Assembly (NCBI RefSeq): GCF_006345805.1
Contig: NC_043001.1
Span: forward strand, 80,538,001 to 80,602,000
DNA: 64,000 nt
Source of the DNA: Octopus sinensis
Taxonomy: Eukaryota
Direction: 5' to 3'
Position 1 is the first letter of the stretch. The number at the start of each line of letters is the position of its first letter. Below, one piece after another: positions 50,085 to 62,840 of the stretch. The notes beneath the pieces were generated by a model. The model saw only the letters and a list, made by a program, of their open reading frames with translations, was not told where the DNA came from and made no database searches. Made by a program: the position numbers and the translations under genes.

Positions 50085-50292
50085 TCAAATTTTGGCAGAA
50101 GGCCTGCATTTCGGGAAGGGAATAAGTTGATTACATCGACCCCAGTGTTTTACTGGTACTTATTCTATCCACCCCGGAAGGATGAAAGGCCAAGTCGACC
50201 TCTACAGAATTTGAACTCAGAATGTAAAGACGAACAAAATGCTCCTGAGCATTTTGCCCAGCGTGCTAACGATTCTGCCAGCTTGCCGCCTT
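50085..50292 (-). mobile_element. SINE family D (further degenerate copies at 50320-50440 and 50520-50690)
   Basis: gtgctaacgattctgccagcttgccgcctt head. Confidence 0.85.
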
Positions 50293-51724
50293 AGGTGAAG
50301 TTTAATATTGATTTCTTATGCAGGGAAAAAAACCCAGTTTTAGAGAAAGGGGTCAGTCAAATATATACAGTCCAGTTCTTCCCAGCTACCTTATGTTATC
50401 GACCTCGAACGGAGAAAATGCAAAGTTCTGCCCAGAATATAAAAACCTAGGAAAATTATTGCAAGCCAGTTTATCCACAGGGTGAGGTACAATATTTTTC
50501 TGACAAGGGTTCAAAACTCTAAATGTCGAGGAAGAGTACAGTGGATTATATAGATCTTGGTTCTTGGAAAGTATATTTTGTTAATAATCCCCGGAAACAT
50601 AAAAAGCAAAGTTGATCCCGATGGGATTTGAACTCAGAATGTAAAAAGCTAGAATAACACATTTTTATCTGACGCTCCTAACGAATCCACAAATATACCA
50701 ACCAAAATATTGAATATATACTTAGTCTGGCGCCTTACTTTTTCCATCAATATAATGACGTGCGTGCGTACATACACACAATAGACGCATAAGCAGATTT
50801 ATTCCAAGAAATAAATCATCCAACGCCTTAGACATTATGAAACCGTGTACTGACTGCATTTAAACTTTATAATCCCCAAGTTATTTCAGAGCAAGACTAA
50901 ATATATACTCTTATAAAGAATTAATCCAACGCTCAAAGTCCTTTCCTCTTCAAGCTTAGAAGGTGAAATTGCTACTTTGCTATTTAACCGTTGGTCAGCT
51001 TCATCGAGCGAACATATGATGAAAGGCATTCCAAATGTGCCCATCCTGTCCGTATATTTTTCTTCTTTAAGTCAGTAGGATGTGATTTCATATAATTTAA
51101 TTAGGATGGAGAAATATTATCTCAAACGACCTCGTTGCTCCTTCGTTGGCCCATTTTATAAGTGGTGAGTCCTTTCATTGCTTAACCAGGGCGGCAGACC
51201 TAAAGGGGAGAGAGAGATAGGGAGAGAGAGAGAGAGGTCATGTCATTGAAGAGGTGGTCACGAATAGCAATGAAAGGACTTTAACAAACAACTAATTGAA
51301 TGATTAACCGACCAATTAAGCAAGCAATCGATTAGTTGGTTTGTTAAAAACTAACCGACTGATTAATAACAAAGAAGTGAGATTGAACCAGAGCATGTAA
51401 CGACGTTCCCAAAACACAACGAATTTATTTCAACATACATATTTATACTAAGAATCATGGAAAGCGAATACAGAAACTCCTTATAGTTTTAAACAAATAG
51501 TGTGGTAGTGTGGTAGTGTGGAGAGGGGGCAATATTCTTTCGATATTTAAATCAACCTGGTGATGGGAAGCAAAGTTGCATGCACCTACAAAAGTAAGTT
51601 ACATGAGACACTGTGATTAGAATTGTGAGTGATGTGATGTGATGCGAACTCACCACTCATAACCTGTTTTCTACTAAGTCAAATTGACTGGCGAAAATTC
51701 TGCGCTTGTAAGATAGCTGGTTGT

Positions 51725-51940
51725 AAGGTGGCGAGCTGGCAGAATAGTGAACACGCCGGTCAAAATGCTTCGTGGTTCTTCGTCCGTTTTTACGTTCTGA
51801 GTTCAAGATTCCGCCGAGGTCGACTTTGCCTTTCATACCTTCGGTATCAACAAAATAAGTACCAGTTGAATCCAGAGGTCGATGTAATCGAGTAGTCTCC
51901 CTCCACCCAAATTTCAGCCCGTGTGCCTATGGTAGCAAGG
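51725..51940 (+). mobile_element. SINE family D ending in (ATT)n
   Basis: aaggtggcgagctggcagaat...gagttcaagattccgccgaggtcgactttgcctttcat. Confidence 0.88.
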
Positions 51941-51958
51941 ATTATTATTATTATTATT

Positions 51959-52453
51959 CTATGTTTGACTTTTGCTTTATATTTGTACAAGTTGGCTCCA
52001 AGTCTCACCCAGAGACCTCAAGAGACAACAGGTTGGAAGTTCACGTTGTTGTTATGCCTAGTGTGCCATATATTTGGTTGTTCTTTTTTTTTGGTGTTGT
52101 ACTAGTGGATGTCTAAAAAAAAATTATGTTTGTTTTAAACCTTGAGATTACATAGAAAGTATTTTGCGTAGGATATGAGCAGTTCCCATGAGCACTATAT
52201 TTTGAATTTTTGGGTTTCCTGGTATCTGAGTTAGGTAGCAATCAGCCCCTTTTTGCTATTATTCCCAGGGCACCTATGACAACAGGTATTGTTTTAGTCT
52301 TCAGGTTCCACATTTTGCTGATTTCTATTTCAAGATCTTTATATTTGCTCAGTTTTTGGTTGGTCTTGACAGATTCGTTTATATCGATTGGGACAGTCAT
52401 ATCAATGAGGAGGCATGTTCTTTGTCTGAAGTCTTTCAACATGATGTCTGGCC

Positions 52454-52458
<5 letters not shown>
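51959..52458 (-). mobile_element. 5'-truncated RLE LINE (R4/Dong-like) flanked by (AAT)n on both sides
   Basis: NRPDIMLKDFRQRTCLLIDMTVP...KLSKYKDLEIEISKMWNLKTKTIPVVIGALG. Confidence 0.9.
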
Positions 52459-52519
<61 letters not shown>

Positions 52520-52524
<5 letters not shown>

Positions 52525-52650
52525 CATCATCATCATTTTGTCTTTATCACAGGCTTTATTGGAACTCCTGCAGTCTTGCATGCATAGCGGGCTTACTACC
52601 TGCAGCCGACGGTACCATGCTATTCGTTCTTTTCAGCTAATACTTTCCTT
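52520..52650 (-). mobile_element. Very short 3'-end copy of the second RLE LINE subfamily
   Basis: tctttatcacaggctttattggaactcctgcagtcttgca matches the 3' end at 59661-59760; (ATT)n on both sides. Confidence 0.75.
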
Positions 52651-52654
52651 ATTA

Positions 52655-52712
<58 letters not shown>

Positions 52713-53423
52713 GGGGTTGTATTACGTTGCCAGCTGTTCACTACCAATGAACTAAGGTAACACACCTTATTTTTCGAGTACCATCCAGAGTATTCGAGCG
52801 GTTCCAAGCAATGCTGTTTTCTGCAAGTGCTCCATCCTTATTGCAACCCCTATTTGTTCCATGTGCTTCTCAAGATTTTTACTCACTGTTTCCAGGGCTC
52901 CGACAATTATTGATACTACTACCACTTTTTTCATCGACCACAACTGCTTAACCTCCCAAGCTAACCTGTCATATCTATCGACTTTCTTTCTTATCGCATA
53001 GCTTGTTGTCAGCCGGGCATGCTATATCTATTATCCAGCATCGTTTGCTTTCTTTCTCAACACTATATCTGGTTTCCTATTCTCTATCTCACAGTCGCAC
53101 TGAATCCTAAAATCCCATAGGATTTTGCATTATCATTTTCGGTGATGATTTCGTACCACTTTTTTGCTGTGTCAAGTCCCTACTTGTTGAAAAGTGTCCA
53201 ATGGACAATCGTTGCTTTATTGTCATGACATCTCTTATATTCTTTCTGGGCTAGTGGCGTACATTGACTGGTAATATGCCATGCAGTTTTACCATTTTGC
53301 CCACAAATTCTGCACTTATCACTTTCTGATGTTTTGTCTATTCTGTTTTTGATGTAACTGTTTCTTAATGCTTGCTCTTGGGCAGCACAGATTAGTGCCT
53401 CAGTTTCCGGTTTTAAATCACTT
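52713..53423 (-). mobile_element. 5'-truncated RLE LINE (R4/Dong-like, third subfamily) in (AAT)n
   Basis: SDLKPETEALICAAQEQALR...KCRICGQNGKTAWHITSQC...CHD...WIIDIACP...IIVGALETV...LQKTALLGTARIL. Confidence 0.9.
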
Positions 53424-53424
53424 A

Positions 53425-53780
<356 letters not shown>

Positions 53781-53879
53781 ATTAATTTCACAAGAAAACT
53801 GATTGGTATATATTCTTAAAGATTGTTGTGCCTCTGCTCACAAATTTTAAGAAATTGTTGTAACAAATTCAGAGCCCAG

Positions 53880-54023
53880 ATTAACAAAAACGAAAAAGAA
53901 AAAAGAATCTTCAGTGAAATGTTTGAACTAATAACCTATGAGCCAGCAAACCAATATTTTATCGAGTTAACAAGTACAGAAGCCCCCGTCGATTCGTCAT
54001 ACAATCAGCAAGGGTTATCGTAG
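53880..54023 (+). CDS. Candidate terminal exon
   Basis: Open frame INKNEKEKRIFSEMFELITYEPANQYFIELTSTEAPVDSSYNQQGLS* after ttcagagcccAG; unique sequence. Confidence 0.2.
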   Translation: MNKNEKEKRIFSEMFELITYEPANQYFIELTSTEAPVDSSYNQQGLS

Positions 54024-54637
54024 TTTTATAAAAGAAAAAGAAAATGAGAGTTATTTTAAGAGGAAATACCACATGTAAACGTTGAGATTGGCAGCTGAAG
54101 AGAACATGTCGATAGCATGATAAGAACATTATTAAAATATGTTAAACTACAGCTATCTGTAGTTTGGACGAACTTAATCTGCCGTTAATCAAGCGAGAAC
54201 ATAAAGTTACATGTTTTCATTCCATCTTGCACGAAAGAGAAAGAATTTACAGAGCCAAACCAAATGTGGTTCCTGGTAAATTATTAATTTTTAGCAGAGG
54301 CAAAATGGCGCTTAATTTTTAGCGATAGGAGAGTGAAGGCGGAATAATTGATGAAATCCCTACCAGTATTTGACCTGTAGATATTTTATCGATTCACGTA
54401 AAGTCGACAAGGGCGGGATTTGAACTCTCTTCGTAAGAGGTTAATAAGGCGACTGAAGAAAGCTAAATGAGACTGGTGTCTTTTAGTTTTTATCTTTTAC
54501 CTGCTTCAATCATGGGGCTGCAGCCACGCTGGAGTAGCACCTTGATGCGTTCAGTCGCACAAATCGAACTCGGTACTTACATATTTTTAAAGTGTGGTAC
54601 GTATTCTATCGGTTTCTTGTACCACGCTGCTAATTTT

Positions 54638-54682
<45 letters not shown>

Positions 54683-54850
54683 ACTTTATTTAAAAGCAGC
54701 AGAAATATAACAAAAGCTGTTACTCAGAGTTTCACGTTCCCGTTCGTCGGACAGTTTTTCTCCTGCTTTTAATAAAGAATATTACTCTACCTCTGGTATT
54801 TGAGAACTCTTTTTTTCTACTTGTTTCACATTTATGTGCTTACTCGCGTT

Positions 54851-54911
<61 letters not shown>

Positions 54912-54919
54912 TATATATA

Positions 54920-55153
54920 TCTTTTTTACTCTTTTACTTGTTTCAGTCATTTCACTTTGGCCATGCTGAAGCACCCCCTTTAGTCGACCAAATCGCCCCC
55001 AGGACTTATTCTTTGGATGCCTAGTACTTATTCTGTCGGTCTCTTTTGCTGAAACGTTAATGTTACGTAAACACAACACCATTGGTTGTCAAGCAATGTT
55101 GGGGGAACAAACACAGACACAAACTATACACACACATATATATATTAAATTAT

Positions 55154-55210
<57 letters not shown>

Positions 55211-55325
55211 CATATATGCGACGAACGGGCTTCTTTCAGTTTCTGTCTACCAAATACACTAATAGGCTTTTGGTCGGCCCGAGGCTATTGCAGAAGACAC
55301 TTTCCCAGGTGCTGAACAGTCGTAC
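54920..55325 (-). mobile_element. Composite SINE A/B
   Basis: cttttactcttttacttgtttcagtcatt tail, microsatellite, then gggcttctttcagtttctgtctaccaaa module. Confidence 0.8.
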
Positions 55326-55431
55326 TGCATCACTTCTTGATATCCTGTTGCTTATACATATGTATATATATATATATATATTATATAATATATATAATAT
55401 ATTATATATATATAATATATATATATATATA

Positions 55432-55560
55432 CAGGGTGCCCCAAAAAAATGTATACACATAGTGGTTCGGCAAAAGAGAACGATAGAATAAGTACTAGGC
55501 TTACAAAGAATAACAAATTTACAACTATTTAAGGTGTGTATACATTTTTGGGGGACACCC

Positions 55561-55562
<2 letters not shown>
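55432..55562. mobile_element. 131-bp Tc1/mariner MITE (CAGGGTG TIRs) with a SINE fragment as its core
   Basis: TA|cagggtgccccaaaaaaatgtatacac ... gtgtatacatttttgggggacaccctg; inside is ggttcggcaaaagagaacgatagaataagtactaggcttacaaagaataa. Confidence 0.85.
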
Positions 55563-55607
<45 letters not shown>

Positions 55608-56554
55608 ATATATATACACGACAGGCTTCCATACAATTTTCGTCAACCAAATTCGCTCACAAAGCATTGTTCGGCCTGGCGCTATGGTAGAAGATACTTG
55701 ACCAAGGTGCCAACCAGTGGGTTGAGCGTTGGGTTGTTATCTTGAGCAAAACATTTCATTTCACTGCGAACGTTTATTAAATTTTCATACTAGATATACT
55801 AAGATGGTTTCCTGTTAAGGGAATTTTAACTGGCATTTTTAGCATTCGAAGCAATCATGGGGAGATTCCTCCATTGGCTCAAATGAATGCAACTGAAATC
55901 TCTCCATATGTCGTGTATTATTACATTCTTTCAAATTCTATCACCAAGGTTTTTATATTGTCGTTCTGTGAATATGTGAGAGTATTAACTGTGTGTATAT
56001 ATGTGTATGCATGTGTGTACAAGTATATATGTGTATCTGCGTATGTGGATGTCTGTTTATCTGCGTATACATATATGTGTGTGTCTATGTGTGCATGCGA
56101 GTGTAAGTTCATCTGCGTATGTGTATGCGTGCGTGTGACGTGTATGTATGTGTGAACAGCAAGCCACAGCTTAGATAGATCAGAATTGGGCCCTTAAAAC
56201 TCGTGATACCTCTGGGCAACTGCCGATTGAGCCCATACTTTAAGACGGTGCCGCTTGCAAGCATCGAAGGTGTTGAGGTTATTTTAGGATTCCGCACTCG
56301 TAACGATGTGAAACACAAGCGTCGTTCACCTTCTCTAGTCGAAAACAGATTTTTTTACTTTTTATTGTTGTTTATTTAATTTATTGAATCTTAATTTTGT
56401 TACTTCCATGGCTGAAACACTAAGCTCTCAACGACCCAATCCGTCAAACTGTGTGTATGACTTCACTGGATGGTGTACTGTTGGTCACTACTGTTAGCAT
56501 CGAAGCCATATGAATTGGTGACTGGTCAATTTCGTTAGCTTGCTTGCTTGTAAA

Positions 56555-56770
56555 AAAAAAGCCGAACCAGCAGAATCGTTAGCACGCCGGATAAAATACT
56601 TAGCAGCATTTCTTCCGGCTCTAACCGTTGTGAATTTAAATCCAGCACTGGTTAAATTTGCCTTTCATCCTTTCTGGGTCGATAAAATAAAGCACCAGTC
56701 AAGTACTGAGATTGATGTATCCAACTAATTTTCTGTCTCTAAAATTGCTGGCTTTGCGCCAAAGTTCGAA
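56555..56770 (+). mobile_element. SINE family D, degenerate
   Basis: cagcagaatcgttagcacgccgg...gcctttcatcctttctgggtcgataaa. Confidence 0.8.
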
Positions 56771-56923
56771 ACAGTTTCGTTAGTATGCTGTGAGCGAAGT
56801 TCAAGTCCTTCAGTGAAGAGAGCAACTTTCATTAACCGAATGTTCTAAGTAGATAGGTTGTTTTTTTTTCTGTTAAAATAAAATTTAATGCTACAAACAT
56901 CGAGATTAATTGAGATGACGAGT

Positions 56924-57288
56924 AGGGAAAGAAAGAAAAAAGAAAGAAAGAAAGAAAGACAGAAAGAAAGAAAGAACGAAAGAAAGAAAGACAGAAAGAA
57001 GAAAGAAAGAAAGACAGAGAGAAGGAAATAAGAGAATGGAAGTGTTTGAGAGAGCGGGAAAGAGAGAAAAAAGGAAAGAGAGGAAGAGAGAGAGGAAGAA
57101 AGAAAGAAAGAAAGAAAGATGAGAATGGAAGTGTTTGAGAGAGAAAGAGAGAAAGTGAAAAAGACAGTAAGAGAGAAAGAAAGAGAGAGAGAAAGAAGGA
57201 AAGAAAGAAAGAATGAAGAGAAGGGAAGTGTTTGAGAGAGAAAGAAATTGAGAAAGAAAGTAAGAGAGTAAGAGAGAGAGAAAAAGAC

Positions 57289-57339
<51 letters not shown>

Positions 57340-58068
57340 ATGAAGAAAGGAAGGAAGGAAGGAAGGAAGAAGGAAGGAAGGAAGGAAGGAGGAAGGAAGG
57401 AATGGAAGAAGGGAGGAAGGAAGAAGGAAGGAAGGAAGGAAGGAAGGAAGGAGGAAGAAGGAAGGAAGAAGGAAGGAAGGGAGGAAAAGGAAGGAAGAAG
57501 GAAGGAAGGGAGGAGGAAGGAAGGAAGGAAGGAAGGAAGGAGAAGGAAGGAAGGATGGAAGGAAGGAAGGAAGGAAGGGAGGAGGGAAGAAGGAGGAGGA
57601 AGGAAGGAAGGAAGGGAAGGACGATGAAGGAGGGAGGAAGAAGGAAGGAAGGAGGAAGGAAGGAAGGGAGGGAGGGTGAGGAAGGAAGGAAGGAAGGAAG
57701 AGGAGGAAGGAAGGAAGGAAGGAGGAAGGAAGGAAGGAAGGTGAAGGAGGAGGAAGGAAGGAAGGAAGAGAGGGAGGAAGGAAGGAAGGAAGGAAGGAGA
57801 AGGAAGGAAGGAAGGAAGGAAGGAAGGGAGGAAGGAAGGAAGGAAGGAAGGAAGGAAGGAAGGAAGGAAGAGAGGGAGGAAGGAAGGAAGGAAGGAAGGG
57901 AGGAAGGAAGGAAGGAAGAGAGGAGGGAGGGAGGAAGGAAGGAAGGAAGGAAGGAAGGAAGGAAGGAAAGAAGGAAGGAAGGAAGGAAGGAAGGAAAAAG
58001 GAAGGAAGGAAGGAAGGAAGGAAAGGAAGGAAGGAAAAGATGGAAGGAAAGGAAGGAAGGAAAGGAAA
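56924..58068 (+). repeat. ~1.15-kb polypurine tract, (GAAA)n grading into (GGAA)n
   Basis: Direct reading; ggaagtgtttgagagag recurs at 57038, 57127 and 57224. Confidence 0.95.
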
Positions 58069-58584
58069 ATCAAACCCAACGAATTCAGAAAAAATATTAA
58101 CTAAATTCAGTCACGTGTTTCAAACCACTCCCACTGCGTTACATCTTACATCATTCCATTCCTCCTTGACATATCCAACAGCTGGGTTTTTAATTAATCA
58201 GCAGAAATCATTGTTTACATTAACTTGATATTACTAATTAAAGTCAATTATGAGAAAACATTTTCTAAATAAGAATGCTTAAATACTGATATGAGAACCA
58301 AAATATTTACTGCACTAATTAACCTTATTATCATAATGATTTAAATTAACGTGGCTGTTCGTTAAAATAATTTAGCAACTGCCATTTTGTTTCCAAATAA
58401 TTGAAATGTCTCTGAGGCCGATAATGTAAGAGAAAAGTTAGAGCACCACATGATCAGAATCGGTAGAACGGTGTGTAAAATTCTTTGCAGTGTTTCGTCA
58501 TGTTCTTGCACGTCTTGAGACAGAGAACTGTGCTGGGGTTAATATTACCTTTCATCCATCGATAAAATAATATACTTGCTAACT

Positions 58585-58799
58585 CTTTCTCTTTTACTCT
58601 TTTACTTGTTTCAGTCACTTGAGTACGGCCATGCTGGAGCACCGCCTTTAGTCGAGCAAATCGACCCCGGGACTCTTATTCTTTGTAAGCCCAGTACTTA
58701 TTCTATCGGTCTCTTTTGCCGAACCGCTAAGTGACGGGGACGTAAACACACCAGCATCGGTTGTCAAGCAATGCTAGGGGGACAAATACAGACACACAA

Positions 58800-58850
<51 letters not shown>

Positions 58851-59015
58851 TACGACAGACTTCTTTCAGTTTCTGTCTACCAAATCCACTCACAAGGCAT
58901 TGATCGGCCCAGGGTTATAGCAGAAGACACTTGCCCAAGATGCCACGCAGTGGGACTGAACCCGAAACCATGTGGTTGGTTAGCAAGCTACTTACCACAC
59001 AGCCACTCCTGCGCT
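58585..59015 (-). mobile_element. Full-length, well-conserved composite SINE A/B
   Basis: Head gcgcaggagtggctgtgtggtaagtagcttgc, B-box-like gggttcagtccca, internal (TA/GT)n, tail (TAAAAGAG)n. Confidence 0.93.
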
Positions 59016-59324
59016 AAGTAAAAGATTTTTGTTGTATTGTGCTAATTTTTAAAAATAATGATAAGGATTTCTAACGTAAGAGTCTTCCTCTATTAATAGT
59101 TCCGAGTGATAAGTAGAACATTCTATTACAGATATTTTATTTTAACAATTTTAAATAAAAGACCGGAAGCTATGATGCCTTGTAGACATTCCTATCGCTA
59201 TTAATTTAGTATTTTCAAACTATGCACATATCCACTCATCTACAGGCTTTGTTAGATCATGCTCTGCTGACTAGGTTAAAGAGACAGAAAAAATATGACC
59301 ATACTTATTCCTTGCTTGCAAACA

Positions 59325-59510
59325 AACGCAAAATCGCTAGCACGCAGGGCGAAATGTTTGCGGTATTTCGTCCAGCATCACATTCTGAGTTCAAATTCCG
59401 CCAAGGTCGACTATGCTTTTCATACTTTCGGGTTCAATAAATTAAGTACCAATTGAGTACTGGGATCAATGTAATGATCTCAGATTCTGCCCGAAATGAC
59501 TGGCCTTGTG
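59325..59510 (+). mobile_element. SINE family D
   Basis: aatcgctagcacgcagggcgaaatg...gagttcaaattccgccaaggtcgac. Confidence 0.82.
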
Positions 59511-59511
59511 A

Positions 59512-59557
<46 letters not shown>

Positions 59558-59575
59558 GTTATTGTTGTTGTTGTT

Positions 59576-59606
<31 letters not shown>

Positions 59607-59609
59607 TTG

Positions 59610-59643
<34 letters not shown>

Positions 59644-59660
59644 CATCATTATTATTATTA

Positions 59661-60462
59661 TCTCTTTATCACAGGTTTTGTTGGAGCTCCTGAAGTCTTG
59701 CAGCGTAGCTGACTTACTACTTGTAACCTACAGTGCCATGCTATTCTTTAAAGCTATCTAATACTTCCCTGATTATTCTGGCCGTGCCAAGGCAGCAAAA
59801 CTTTTGTAACAGTTCTACTGGGCACTCCATTCCAATTTCCTTTATATTCCTCTTAATGCCTTCTGATATTGTTCCCAAGGACCCAACAATAACTGGTACT
59901 ATCTTCATCTTCTTCAATTTCCATAGCCGGGCTATTTCGTACCTAAGAGGGATGTATCTATCTATTTTTTTGCCTTCCTTCTTGAGAATTCGTGGGTCAA
60001 AGGGACATGCAACATCAACTATATAGCATATGTGGTGCACCATGTCCACCACCACAAGGCCGGTCCCTTGTACTTTAACACCTGATCTGTTTGGATTGGG
60101 AAATCCCAGAGGATTTTGCTAGTTTCGGACTCTGCCACTCTTTGAGGTTTTTTCTCATACCACGTCTTACTTCTCTCTAGTCCCCACTTTACGCACGATT
60201 TCCACTGTAGCACTTTCGCTACCTGATCGTATCGCCACAACTTTTAGTAGTTTAGGGCAAGTCTAGGGCATTCGTTCGTGATATGGGCAATGGTTTCATC
60301 CACTTTATTGCAGATGCAGCACAGTTGAGACACTTTCTCATTCCTCAGGTTGACTCTGTAGTTCGTGGCCAGAGCTTGGTTCTGCACTGCCAGTATGATG
60401 CTCTTGGTCTTTTTTTTTAGTGTTCCTCTCATCAGCCAATCCCACCTATTTTTCTAGCAAGG
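59661..60462 (-). mobile_element. 5'-truncated RLE LINE (R4/Dong-like, second subfamily) with (AAT)n tail
   Basis: MRGTLKKKTKSIILAVQNQAL...CCICNKVDETIAHITNEC...RYDQVAKVLQW...IVDVACPFDPRILKKEGKKIDRY...LGTARIIREVL. Confidence 0.92.
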
Positions 60463-61447
60463 TGTACATAAAGGACCTTCAGAAGGATTTGTCTTGTCGG
60501 AAACCTGCAAAGTCATATTACATTGAAGGTTTGAACCAGAAGAAAACCTTTCTTCCCCTGTCTAGCTCTGCTCAGGGTGACGCGGTCCTCGTTCACCTTG
60601 GTGACGACCCATCCAGTAAAGATTCTGCGTTGTTGAGTTTTGGTTTATTTTAACAATTTTAAATAAAAGACCGGAAGCTATGATGCCTTGTAGACATTCC
60701 TATCGCCATTAATTTAGTATTTTCAAACTATGCACATATCCACTCATCTACAGGCTTTGTTAGATCATGTTGGTATTAGGAGACGGGTCTGAGTGTTTAA
60801 CAGAACACCGCTTGCAAGTTCTTTGAATGGATATGTTTCTCATATCGTAATCGCATGAGGCTTCCAGAAGGATATTCACCTCTAATTTTTTCTGTTATTT
60901 TATTTTATAGTTTTTGTTTTTTGTTAGATGTATCTTCGAGCATGACAGTCTATTGGTGATTTAAATTCAGTGATTATTTGCTCTTTTTGTGTGTCTTCGT
61001 GAAAAGTCGTTTTGTTGCCTTCTTTTGCTTAGCTCTTGACACGTGTTTTTGTGTACGGAAATGTGTGTCGTGTAAACATTATTTACGTAGTGTATAAGTA
61101 TTAACATATGTACATGCATGCATAGACAGTTGGATGTACACGTAGCTAATTAATTTACGTACTTTGTGCATCTAACTGATTTATCCCGAGGTTCCTGATG
61201 TCGATTTCGATTTTTCGATTTTTCGCACGTGTCACACAGCGGTATGTTAGAAAAAACACGCTTTATCTAAAAATAATTTTGTTCGTTTTTGTTTTGTTTT
61301 TTTTAGTTGATTTGATTTATAAGAACATTTCCCTCAGATTTATAGCCAAGTTTTCTTTCCAATTCGTCTAAGTTGTTGGGTAAAATTCATTCTATGCAGA
61401 GAGCTTCTTGGTGTATCTTCATATTGTTATATAGCCAGGAGTTATAC

Positions 61448-61524
<77 letters not shown>

Positions 61525-62014
61525 TACTTGTTGCGCACTGGGGTCGATGTAATCGACTAGCCTCTTCCCCACAAAATTTTCAGGAACCCGAAATTGTTGG
61601 CATTGTGCCAACATTTCAAACCATCATCATTATTATTATTATTATTATTATTGACTGAGAGAGAAGTGCATGCCATCAAGGTGACACTGGGGTACAAAAC
61701 CCAATATACCCATCATGACTACCCGTCTAATAAGGGTACACCAAACATATGCATCATAACCATATGTGCGCAACATGGTGATCTCATATCAAGATAAACA
61801 GCGCATGACTTCGAAGGTGGGACCTAGTGAGAATTTTCTTCAAGTTCAGTAGCCCATCCCAGTCGAAAGGTCCCTAAATAAGGTTTGTTTAAGGATGATG
61901 AATGAAACACTGATACTTCCAGAGGTAAATTATTCAAACTATAAAGAATTCCTCTCAGCACATGGTTATGATGCTACCCCACTACTTCTGCTCGCGCTCA
62001 GAGGTGCACATATC

Positions 62015-62239
62015 TATTTCTTTACTACCCACAAGGGGCTAAACACAGGGGGGACAAACAAGGACAGATAAACGGATTAATTTGATTATATCGACCCCAG
62101 TGCGTAACAGGTATTTATTTAATCGACCCCGAAAGGATGAAAGGCAAAGTCAACCTCGGCGGAATGTGAACTCAGAACGTAACAGCAGACGAATTACCAC
62201 TAAGCATTTTGCCCAGCGCGTTAACGTTTCTGCCAGCTC
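62015..62239 (-). mobile_element. SINE family D with ~20-bp target-site duplication, inserted in an unclassified repeat (61640-62340)
   Basis: cgctcagaggtgcacatatc at 61995-62014 and 62239-62258. Confidence 0.9.
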
Positions 62240-62374
62240 GCTCAGAGGTGCACATATCGTCAGCGACTAAGGGACATGCTCAACTGGTTAAATTTAAGCA
62301 ACTGATAAGCAATTCTGTGTTATTGATCAAAACATTTTCTGTTGTTATTACTGTTGTTGTTGTTGTTGTTGTTG

Positions 62375-62426
<52 letters not shown>

Positions 62427-62443
62427 CATTATTATTATTATTA

Positions 62444-62481
<38 letters not shown>

Positions 62482-62485
<4 letters not shown>

Positions 62486-62670
62486 GGCGTGAGGTAGCAG
62501 AATCGTTAGCACACCGGACTAAATGCTTAGCCTTCAAGTTCTGAGTTCACAATTACACCGAGGTCGATTTTGCCTTTCATACTTTCGGGGTCGATAAAAT
62601 AAGTACCAGTTGAATGTAATCGTCTCATCCCCTTCCCCAAAACTGCTGCCCTTGTGGAAAAATTTGAAAC
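62482..62670 (+). mobile_element. SINE family D between (ATT)n tracts
   Basis: aaggcgtgaggtagcagaatcgttagcac...gcctttcatactttcggggtcgataaa. Confidence 0.85.
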
Positions 62671-62675
62671 CATTA

Positions 62676-62709
<34 letters not shown>

Positions 62710-62840
62710 CATCATCATCATCATCATCATCATTATTATTATTATTGTTATTATTCAACGGTGGTACCTCAGCATGACCTCAGCTTTGAAGCTGAAGCAA
62801 CTTAAAGAATTTAAAGAGTTAACGAATTAAAAAATTATTC

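Larger units (their letters stand above)
59136..60769. repeat. 126-bp direct repeats (59136-59261 and 60644-60769) around a 1.38-kb SINE + LINE block
   Basis: tttattttaacaatttt...ttagatcatg offset by 1508 bp, one mismatch seen. Confidence 0.92.

Noticed and set aside
56832-58100. 415-aa, 232-aa and 131-aa ORFs (SFLP/EGRK repeats)
   Set aside because: Translation of the GGAA/GAAA tract; no unique coding content
58940-59015. tRNA genes at SINE heads (here and in other copies)
   Set aside because: A/B-box-like heads continue into SINE bodies and do not form complete cloverleafs
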